From Candidatus Hodarchaeota archaeon (GTDB lineage: Archaea; Asgardarchaeota; Lokiarchaeia; Sigyniarchaeales; SOKP01), in NCBI GenBank assembly GCA_048886685.1, contig JBHLKM010000009.1, forward strand, positions 96,001 to 160,000: DNA of 64,000 nucleotides, read 5' to 3'. The first letter of the stretch is position 1. Each line of letters starts with the position of its first letter. The notes below the pieces were generated by a model that did no database searches, was not told where the DNA came from, and was given only the letters and a program-made list of their open reading frames with translations. Shown piece after piece: positions 20,715-27,944 of the stretch. Both the position numbers and the translations under genes were made by a program.

Positions 20715-21266
20715 TTATAATTCTGCTGATAGAGTTTTGAATTTTTTATACAAGGCCTCAATAATTGCGTTAAATGCCTCAATAACGCCATTCCCCGTTT
20801 TAGCTGACGTTATATAATACCCAAGAAAATTATATTTACTTACTATTTCTTGGATATCAGAATCATCAATGTTATCTTCATCAACTAAATCTACTTTATT
20901 TGCGAACAATACAATAGGAATATTTCCACAATATTTTAAAATTTCTTTATACCAATCAGGAATATGATTGAAACTCTCTTCACCAAGTTTGTTTTCTTCT
21001 AGACTATATACAATTATGGCTGCTTCACTTCTCTTATAAAAAGAAGGTCGTAAGAAATGAAAGGTATCTTGTCCTGCTATATCCCAAAATTGTAATTTAA
21101 TTTTGTCCCCATCTATTTCTTTAACATACGTTGATAGTTGAGCCCCAATTGTCTTAATATATTCCTTTTCAAAGTAACTATGTGTAAATTTTTGAATTAA
21201 TGAAGTTTTACCTACCTGCCCGTCACCAATCACGGTGATTTTGAAAATAAAGCTTATATCATTCAT
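20715..21266 (-). CDS. Rab-like small GTPase
   Basis: GDGQVGKT, KTIG, WDIAGQ, NKVD, TSAK. No C-terminal Cys motif. Confidence 0.95.
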   Translation of the reverse strand: MNDISFIFKITVIGDGQVGKTSLIQKFTHSYFEKEYIKTIGAQLSTYVKEIDGDKIKLQFWDIAGQDTFHFLRPSFYKRSEAAIIVYSLEENKLGEESFNHIPDWYKEILKYCGNIPIVLFANKVDLVDEDNIDDSDIQEIVSKYNFLGYYITSAKTGNGVIEAFNAIIEALYKKFKTLSAEL

Positions 21267-21445
21267 AGAATTTTGAATAAAGATCAGAATAATAAGTTAA
21301 ATAAATCTTATATGATGTAAGATTAGATTTATTATGTTATAAAATTTTTGAATATTCTCGTCAATAACCTAAAAGAATCTAGAACAATCAATAATTATCA
21401 AAGCTCAGTAATTCTTCTTTAAACTGAATAATCAATCTTTTAATT

Positions 21446-22003
21446 CTACAGATTATCAGATAATGATTTAAACTTATCATATAACTCATCTATCAATGTA
21501 TTAAATGCTGTAAGTACGCCCTTCCCTGTTTTTGCTGATGTTAAGTAGTACCCCATAAAATTATTCTCTTCAACTATTTTTTTGATAGCTGAATGGTCTA
21601 TAGTATCTTCGTCAACCAGATCAACTTTATTTGCAAATACAACTATCGGAACATCTCCACAATGTTTTACAATTTCCTCATGCCAAGTTGATATGGATTT
21701 AAAACTCTCGTCCCCAAGTTCAGTTTCCTCAAGACTATATACAATAATAGCAGCTTTACTGTTTTTAAAAAAAGAGGGACGTAAAAAGTGAAAAGTATCC
21801 TGCCCCGCTATGTCCCAAAATAATAGTCTGATTTTATCTCCTTTTATTTCCTTATTATACACTGAAAACTGTGCTCCTATTGTCTTAACATAATCCTTCT
21901 TAAATGATCCTTGAGTGAACTTCTTAATAAGGGAAGTTTTTCCAACCATTCCATCACCGATAACCGTTACTTTGAATCGAAACCTACGTCCTTCCTCACT
22001 CAT
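21446..22003 (-). CDS. Rab-like small GTPase
   Basis: GDGMVGKT, KTIG, WDIAGQ, NKVD, TSAK. Close paralog of 20715 and 26742. Confidence 0.95.
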   Translation of the reverse strand: MSEEGRRFRFKVTVIGDGMVGKTSLIKKFTQGSFKKDYVKTIGAQFSVYNKEIKGDKIRLLFWDIAGQDTFHFLRPSFFKNSKAAIIVYSLEETELGDESFKSISTWHEEIVKHCGDVPIVVFANKVDLVDEDTIDHSAIKKIVEENNFMGYYLTSAKTGKGVLTAFNTLIDELYDKFKSLSDNL

Positions 22004-22156
22004 AGAATCTTAAAAGAAATAATTTGTGTATTTATTCTAGTTAAAAAATTATATTTAAACTAAGATCAGTTATTTTTTAATATAAAATTTTGGTTTCTGA
22101 TTAAAATAAACTGAAAAATAGACAATTTTATATTTAAATTAAAAAAAATTAAAAAA

Positions 22157-22192
22157 AAGTTTGGATTATTTGAGATCTTTTAATCCAAACTT
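22157..22192 (-). terminator. 12-bp-stem hairpin followed by T-tracts on the minus strand
   Basis: aagtttggatta (22157-68) and taatccaaactt (22181-92) are exact reverse complements. A-runs at 22141-58 read as poly-T on the minus strand. Confidence 0.55.
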
Positions 22193-22273
22193 GAATTTTT
22201 TTGGATTTAAAAGATAATCTCCTATCGAATATTTCCAATCATCTTTTTTCTTCTTTTTCTTCGTTTTTTTCAA
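22166..22273 (-). CDS. Putative basic microprotein (35 aa)
   Basis: Manual translation (TTG start): MKKTKKKKKKDDWKYSIGDYLLNPKKFKFGLKDLK*. GGAGG lies immediately upstream; start codon uncertain. Confidence 0.45.
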   Translation of the reverse strand: MKKTKKKKKKDDWKYSIGDYLLNPKKFKFGLKDLK

Positions 22274-22299
22274 CCTCCATTAAATTTTTTGATAACTAA

Positions 22300-22392
22300 T
22301 TATTTTATTATACGATTAATAAACTCCTTATGTTCTTCTAAACCGTTCTTTATCTTAATCCTCTCAATTCTCTCTAATTTTTTGTTTTTCAT
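22300..22392 (-). CDS. Putative microprotein (30 aa)
   Basis: Manual translation MKNKKLERIERIKIKNGLEEHKEFINRIIK*, preceded by the SD-like AGGGGAGGG. Confidence 0.5.
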   Translation of the reverse strand: MKNKKLERIERIKIKNGLEEHKEFINRIIK

Positions 22393-22429
22393 TATTTTTC
22401 GCCCTCCCCTTATCATTTAGATATATATC

Positions 22430-22464
22430 AAAAAAATGGAGGGGGAAAATTTAGGTCCCCCTCC
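22430..22464 (-). terminator. GC-rich hairpin plus T-tract (terminator or attenuator)
   Basis: ggaggggga (22438-46) pairs with tccccctcc (22456-64); followed by ATTTTTTT on the minus strand. Confidence 0.6.
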
Positions 22465-22544
22465 CCCTGATTTTATTTCTCCCTGACTTTTCTACTTCGG
22501 TTTGTCGGATGAATTGAATCAGCGTGAAGATGACAGAATTAATT

Positions 22545-22790
22545 TTAATAATTTCCGAAATTCCTGTAATTTATACTTCTTCTGATGTTCTCTATAGGAA
22601 TTTGTTCTTCTAAATACTTAGGATTATATTTAGCTTTCTTCAATAATTTCAATAAAGCTTTTTTAACTGGTTTCTCCTCTGCTTTTACTCGAACTATTGT
22701 ATAATCTTCTTCAATAGCAGGGAGCTCTTCTAATATAATTACATCTTCTAATACCTCTAGTTCCTTTTTCTTAATTAAAACTTGGACCAT
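22545..22790 (-). CDS. Small NP[RK]Y[FL]EE-motif protein, copy 1
   Basis: Contains YNPKYLEEQIPI. Start placed at ATG 22790 because GGAGGTG precedes it (the ORF track extends to 22808). Confidence 0.75.
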   Translation of the reverse strand: MVQVLIKKKELEVLEDVIILEELPAIEEDYTIVRVKAEEKPVKKALLKLLKKAKYNPKYLEEQIPIENIRRSINYRNFGNY

Positions 22791-22832
22791 TTTATAAACC
22801 ACCTCCAATTCATGTTTCTAAACTATTGTAAA

Positions 22833-23096
22833 TTAAAAAACCCTAAAAATATTGAATTTGGAATTAGCAATTATATCTGAGGTATATAATTTTTCTTTTG
22901 TATCTTTTAGTGGAATTACTTCTTCGAAGTATCTAGGATTTTGATTCTTGAATAATTCAAATAGTTCAATTTGTTTTTTAATTTGCTCAATATCTTTTTG
23001 TTCTTCTTTAGAAGTTTTTCCCGAAAGAACTATATATAGATCTTTAAGTTCAATAATGGTATCTTCATTTACTATTACTTGTCTCATTTTTTTCAC
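22833..23096 (-). CDS. Small NP[RK]Y[FL]EE-motif protein, copy 2
   Basis: QNPRYFEEVIPLKDTKEKL...SKFNIFRVF. Confidence 0.75.
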   Translation of the reverse strand: MKKMRQVIVNEDTIIELKDLYIVLSGKTSKEEQKDIEQIKKQIELFELFKNQNPRYFEEVIPLKDTKEKLYTSDIIANSKFNIFRVF

Positions 23097-23120
23097 ACTC
23101 TTTTTTTCCTATAAGATTAC

Positions 23121-23171
23121 TTAGATCAAGGTTTAATTAATAGTTTGATTTCGCAAAGTTCAAATGGAATT
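23121..23171 (-). promoter_or_regulatory. TATA-like promoter with a degenerate palindromic operator
   Basis: ttagatcaaggtttaattaatagttt-N9-aagttcaaatggaatt; homologous to 23995-24045. Confidence 0.6.
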
Positions 23172-23313
23172 TAAGACTTGTTTTAGACTTTTATCAACTT
23201 TTCTTAAAAAAAATCTCTGTTTAATATGAGTTTAAATCTAGGTAGTTGCTATAGATTTTAGAGCCTATGAGTAGAATGGTCTAGCAATCGGTAAAGGTTC
23301 AACTCATTAGGTT

Positions 23314-23730
23314 TTAAAAATTTCTTGACCAATATTCCTCGTAAGTTAAATTGTTGGGTATATCTCTATTACCCCTATAAATTCGAGGAACAGCTTTAGA
23401 ATCTATTAATATCTTGATGAATTTATAGTTAGCTAAATGATCGAGAGCATCCTTAAATTGATAATAAGACTTATAATCTTGTACTTTACCCGTGATATCT
23501 ATCAAATCATAATCAAAGAGTAATTGATCAATATTCGGAAATTGATCCTGAAGCCAATTGTCTCTACAATCTTCAATAATTTTTATAGCATATTCAAAGT
23601 TGCTAGAGTGAGTTTTTGAAGAAAAACTTGTCATATTCGCATAAATGATAAAATACTTTGTTTTTAAGGATTTCAAAAACAGAAAATTTTTATATGAATT
23701 AGTCGAATTACGAAAAGTAAATCTAATCAC
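23314..23730 (-). CDS. Hypothetical protein (true start possibly ATG 23634)
   Basis: Open frame with protein-like composition from MTSFSSK onward; no family recognised. Confidence 0.55.
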   Translation of the reverse strand: MIRFTFRNSTNSYKNFLFLKSLKTKYFIIYANMTSFSSKTHSSNFEYAIKIIEDCRDNWLQDQFPNIDQLLFDYDLIDITGKVQDYKSYYQFKDALDHLANYKFIKILIDSKAVPRIYRGNRDIPNNLTYEEYWSRNF

Positions 23731-23778
23731 TAAAATAAATACATAAAAATGAGAGATTAAAAAAATTATTTTATACTT

Positions 23779-23955
23779 CTAAAAAACACTAAAGAGATCA
23801 TATTTAGATCCTACACAAGCATGAATTTGGTCTTTCGCTTCTTTTAGATGGATAGCTTCCTCAAAATATCTTGGGTTTAAATCTCCAAGAAGTGCTTGAT
23901 TTTCTTCAACTTTAGGTCGTTTCATTATCATTATTTTTTGATAAGTTTGGGTCAT
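23779..23955 (-). CDS. Small NP[RK]Y[FL]EE-motif protein, copy 3 (58 aa, absent from ORF track)
   Basis: Manual translation MTQTYQKIMIMKRPKVEENQALLGDLNPRYFEEAIHLKEAKDQIHACVGSKYDLFSVF*; clearly paralogous to 22833-23096. Confidence 0.85.
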   Translation of the reverse strand: MTQTYQKIMIMKRPKVEENQALLGDLNPRYFEEAIHLKEAKDQIHACVGSKYDLFSVF

Positions 23956-23994
23956 TTTTTATAAACACTTTTTCGGTTTTTTTATTAAGAATAA

Positions 23995-24045
23995 TTAGAG
24001 CAAGGTTTAATATATAGTTTAATTCTATGAACTCTGAGTGGAGTC
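23995..24045 (-). promoter_or_regulatory. TATA-like promoter with palindromic operator
   Basis: ttagagcaaggtttaatatatagttt-N9-aactctgagtggagtc. Confidence 0.65.
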
Positions 24046-24121
24046 TTAGATTCTATTTAGATCATCCCTTAATTCTCCAGAATTTTACATTTTATACGTC
24101 CAGATATAATGTTCATTTTTG

Positions 24122-24137
24122 AACTCTAATTAGAGTT
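24122..24137. promoter_or_regulatory. Perfect 16-bp palindrome, candidate operator upstream of the wHTH-TPR gene
   Basis: aactctaattagagtt, followed 6 nt later by aaaatatataaata. Confidence 0.65.
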
Positions 24138-24210
24138 TGGATCAAAATATATAAATAAACCCTTTTCATATTATTATTATAAGTAATATTTATTGGTAAT
24201 TGGATGAATT

Positions 24211-26733
24211 TTGGTTCCATCTTGTAATTATCCCCCTGACGAGATTTTAAATCCTGTAATTGGTAAGCCTAATTATGAGTATATTATTCTGTGGATATTG
24301 AGTAATAATGAAATATGCTCATGGGCAGATTTAAAAGAAAAAGTGAATAGATCAACGCTTTCTAATTATTTACGTGACCTTAAGCGTAATGGATATGTTT
24401 TAAAAAGTGATTTCAATCAATATAAAATCACATCTAAAGGAAGGGAAAGATATTACGAATTAGGACAAGCCAAGAAGGGAGGAAGGAACTTAAGTTTTCC
24501 TCCTAAGGTAATTCTCGAAAAAAGGAATTATGACCATACGATCCTTTGGATGACCTATAACAATAATTACTGTAAGTGGGCAGATTTTCTTGAAGAACCT
24601 CTTTCTATTAATCAATCTTCCTTATCAAAGAATATGAATAAATTAATGGAAAAAAATTTTGTAATAAAAGAAGAAAAGGAATATAGAATTACTCGATTGG
24701 GAAAATCGGAATATTCTAAAATGCTAACCTATTATGATCTAGACAGACAGTCGATTTTAGAAGAAGAAAGCAAAAGAATTTCTGATTTAACACAAAAAAC
24801 ACTAAATTTCTTCGCAAAATTTGAAATTATTGAAAGAGATATTCAATTTCGATTCCTAAATAGTGTTCTAAGGTTAGATTATGAAAAAATTAAAACCGTT
24901 TTAAGAGAGGAGGAGGATTTTCATAAAATACTGCTGTTCCTTTCAATTAATCATCCAAATGATTATCCTAAATATGTATCACCTGAAGAATTCTCTGAAA
25001 AATATGGAATTAAAAAAACTACTCTTGATTATTATATTGATGAAATTGTAGAGAATCAAATTTTTCCAATAAAATTTTTTAAATTGGTGGTGCTCCCAAA
25101 TAAATTCTATTATTTCCAATCAGATGAAAAAGTCGAGATGATGCTTAGGATTATTACAGAGGAGCATATTACAAAGTTTACCTATCTAAATAAGCTTTTT
25201 GAGGGCAAATCAGATTTAATTCTCCCTCTGAATATGAGTTCTACGGTAAACGCTATTTTAGAAGAAGCTTGCCAAAATGTATTTGATGAAGGATTAAAAA
25301 ATTCATTAAGAAAATTATTACCTGAATATATCAATTACTTAGCATACAAAATCGAAAAAGAAAAGAAGTTGGTTGGTGTTTCTGATAAATTGGAAGGAAT
25401 TATTTGGCAGAACATTCCTGAAATAATTCAATCAGACATTTACAAAACTTCTCAATATCAATTTATAAGTGAGAGTGAAATGAATTATTATTTAGATACC
25501 TCAATATTAGAAATATTACAGCCTTACCTAGCTTTCTGGTTTAAGCAGGAAGAGTTAAATTTAAAAATCCAAGAGTACTTAAAATCGAAAGAATATGATA
25601 AGGCTTTAAAATTGGATGAATTAGGTAAGGTTTTTACTTATTCTAAATCGAAGATAAAGAATTTGGATCTCATTATTGTTAAAGGGATTATTCTTTGCCA
25701 TTTGAATAGAAATAGAGAATCGATAGATTTTCTAATGGATAATGTAGATTTATCTATTATTAATAAAGAAGATGAGATATATGCACCATATCTTTTTGTG
25801 TTAGCTTTTTCATATATGACTCTTGGAGATATTAAAAACGCTCTGAATATGGCATATAAAGCAATAGAAATATTTCCTAAAATACCTCTTTCTCATATTT
25901 TAAAGGGACTTGTACTTGGTTATAATAGTATTTATAATTTCGATGCAGAAAAGGCAGATAAAGAAAATGGGATAAGTGATATAGATAAAGCTATTAATTT
26001 AGAATCAAATAAATTCAACAAAGCAAGATATTATCAGTTAAAGAGCCAAATCTTATTAGAATTGAATAACTATGAAAATGCTTTAGAATCGATTGATAAC
26101 GCACTTGAATTAAATCCTAAAACTCTAGATTTGTATAATTCTAAATTTAGGATTTTGAATTATTTTGATAAGTTCTATGAAATAATAGCTATATTGGATA
26201 AATTACTAATTGATTTTCCTGAGTGGGAAAAGAATCTTAAAATTAAAAAAATATACATGCTCAAAGAAATGAAAAATATTGAAGAAGGCCTAGAGATTAT
26301 CAATGAATTAATCGAAAAATATCCTGAAGATAATAATCTTCTTCTTAATAAGATATATTGGTTACAATATTTAGATGAAAAAGAAGAGGTAATAACAACT
26401 ATAGAGAAGCTTATACAAGAAAATCCCAAGGTAGGAATATACCGTGATACTTATGGAGAGATTTTAATGAATTTTGAGGAATATGAAAAAGCCATAAAGG
26501 AATTCTTAAAAACGATAGAATTAGCTAGTGATGATTGGTATATTAATCAAACCTATATAAAGTTGGGAATATGTTATAAGGAACTTGAAGACTATGATTT
26601 AGCAACTGAATATCTTATGAAAGGTCAAGAATATACAAACAAATGCTTTTGTGATCTTGAAACAAAAAGAAGATGGATGGCAATTGTTAGTCTCTATTTG
26701 GCAGAAATTGAACAACTAGAAGCCGATTTTTAA
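24211..26733 (+). CDS. Tandem winged-helix plus TPR-repeat protein (putative transcription regulator)
   Basis: Two repeated units (PP...NY..ILW...NN..C.W.D......S.LS.....L...Y.IT..G...Y), a third HTH-like segment (KYGIKKTTLDYY) and C-terminal TPRs (ALESIDNALELNP, YRDTYGEIL, YIKLGICY). Confidence 0.8.
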   Translation: MVPSCNYPPDEILNPVIGKPNYEYIILWILSNNEICSWADLKEKVNRSTLSNYLRDLKRNGYVLKSDFNQYKITSKGRERYYELGQAKKGGRNLSFPPKVILEKRNYDHTILWMTYNNNYCKWADFLEEPLSINQSSLSKNMNKLMEKNFVIKEEKEYRITRLGKSEYSKMLTYYDLDRQSILEEESKRISDLTQKTLNFFAKFEIIERDIQFRFLNSVLRLDYEKIKTVLREEEDFHKILLFLSINHPNDYPKYVSPEEFSEKYGIKKTTLDYYIDEIVENQIFPIKFFKLVVLPNKFYYFQSDEKVEMMLRIITEEHITKFTYLNKLFEGKSDLILPLNMSSTVNAILEEACQNVFDEGLKNSLRKLLPEYINYLAYKIEKEKKLVGVSDKLEGIIWQNIPEIIQSDIYKTSQYQFISESEMNYYLDTSILEILQPYLAFWFKQEELNLKIQEYLKSKEYDKALKLDELGKVFTYSKSKIKNLDLIIVKGIILCHLNRNRESIDFLMDNVDLSIINKEDEIYAPYLFVLAFSYMTLGDIKNALNMAYKAIEIFPKIPLSHILKGLVLGYNSIYNFDAEKADKENGISDIDKAINLESNKFNKARYYQLKSQILLELNNYENALESIDNALELNPKTLDLYNSKFRILNYFDKFYEIIAILDKLLIDFPEWEKNLKIKKIYMLKEMKNIEEGLEIINELIEKYPEDNNLLLNKIYWLQYLDEKEEVITTIEKLIQENPKVGIYRDTYGEILMNFEEYEKAIKEFLKTIELASDDWYINQTYIKLGICYKELEDYDLATEYLMKGQEYTNKCFCDLETKRRWMAIVSLYLAEIEQLEADF

Positions 26734-26741
26734 AAAAACAC

Positions 26742-27284
26742 TTAGGTTAAAACCTTGGATTTATTATACAATTCATTAATAATAATATTAAAAGCCTCAT
26801 GAACACCTTGCCCTGTTTTTGCTGAAGTTAAGTAATATCCTAAAAAACCTTGTTCTTCAACAATTTTTTGAATCGGAGTATCATCCAAATTATCTTCATC
26901 AATTAAGTCGACTTTATTAGCAAAAAGAATTATTGGGATTTCTCCACAGAATTTTTTAATATTCTCATACCAATTGGTTATATGCTCAAAACTTCGTTTA
27001 CCTAACTCATTTTCCTCAAGACTATAAACAATAATTGCTGCTCCGCTTTCCTTATAAAATGAAGGTCGTAGAAATAGGAAATCATCTTGACCGGCTATAT
27101 CCCAGAAGATCAATCGAATCTCATCTCCCTCTATTTCTTTTTCATATTTAGAGAATTGGGCACCTATGGTCTTAACATAATCTTTCTCAAATGAACTCTG
27201 AGTAAACTGTTTAATCAATGAAGTTTTACCTACTTGTCCATCTCCTATGACGGAAATTTTAAATCGAAATTGTGCAGCAGTCAT
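26742..27284 (-). CDS. Rab-like small GTPase
   Basis: GDGQVGKT, KTIG, WDIAGQ, NKVD, TSAK. Confidence 0.95.
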   Translation of the reverse strand: MTAAQFRFKISVIGDGQVGKTSLIKQFTQSSFEKDYVKTIGAQFSKYEKEIEGDEIRLIFWDIAGQDDFLFLRPSFYKESGAAIIVYSLEENELGKRSFEHITNWYENIKKFCGEIPIILFANKVDLIDEDNLDDTPIQKIVEEQGFLGYYLTSAKTGQGVHEAFNIIINELYNKSKVLT

Positions 27285-27507
27285 TTACTTTTTTGGAGAA
27301 ATCACTATTTCATGTTTTATTTAATAGTAGATTAGGTTTTTTGTAATTTAAAATTTTAGTTATTAAAAAAAACCTAGTTGATACAAATTTAGTGATTAAA
27401 TATTAAAAGATTTGAATTTCATTTAATGAAATTAGTTAAATATCAACTAAAATACAATTAAAATTAAAGATTTGATAAAAATTAAAAAAGAAGAATAAAA
27501 AAAGAAT

Positions 27508-27588
27508 TTATTTACGTAAATCCTTAAAAGCCCAATTTTGGAAATGATTATTTATATTTATTAATCCTTTATTCGCATTTTTTCTCAT
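27508..27588 (-). CDS. Putative microprotein (26 aa)
   Basis: Manual translation MRKNANKGLININNHFQNWAFKDLRK*. GAGGG SD-like site upstream, own operator-promoter at 27641-27676, and a C-terminus resembling the 22166 ORF. Confidence 0.5.
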   Translation of the reverse strand: MRKNANKGLININNHFQNWAFKDLRK

Positions 27589-27640
27589 TTTTTTTCCCTC
27601 AATAATAGGTTCTTATTAATTTTAATATAGATTGACAACT

Positions 27641-27676
27641 ATATTTAGTTTAACTTCGTAAACTCCATGTGAAGTT
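27641..27676 (-). promoter_or_regulatory. TATA-like promoter with palindromic operator
   Basis: atatttagttt-N9-aactccatgtgaagtt; same spacing as the 23.1 and 24.0 kb promoters. Confidence 0.65.
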
Positions 27677-27841
27677 CGAATTTAACGCGAAGGGCTTCTC
27701 AGTTTTGTCAGAATTATTTAAAATGAATATGTATTAATATCTTAAAGCTCTTTAATTTTAATCTTGTTGAATGAAGTATCCATACCTTTTTCCCCAATTC
27801 ATCCAATTCCTCTTCACTAAGTATTTAGTTTTTACTGCATG

Positions 27842-27857
27842 AACTTTAACCAAAGTT
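27842..27857. promoter_or_regulatory. Palindromic candidate operator upstream of the second wHTH-TPR gene
   Basis: aacttt-aacc-aaagtt, with AAACTA-like boxes facing outward on both sides (10 and 12 nt away). Confidence 0.6.
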
Positions 27858-27944
27858 ATATAGTATTAAAAACTATTATACTATAAGAAGACTATAAGAA
27901 TTTAGTATGCTAAACATTAAGAAAACTCTTTCAAAAATGATATC

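Noticed and set aside
23262-23313. Imperfect hairpin (cctatgagt...actcattagg) as a SECIS element
   Set aside because: The AUGA is Watson-Crick paired with no opposing GA quartet, and no selenoprotein candidate is adjacent; probably just a 3' stem-loop.
22166-27588. Secreted quorum-sensing propeptides
   Set aside because: None of the small ORFs has a hydrophobic signal sequence, so only an intracellular role is suggested.
27744-27810. Further tiny minus-strand ORFs behind the 27842 palindrome
   Set aside because: Several frames give 13-30 codons with no motif or paralog to choose among them.
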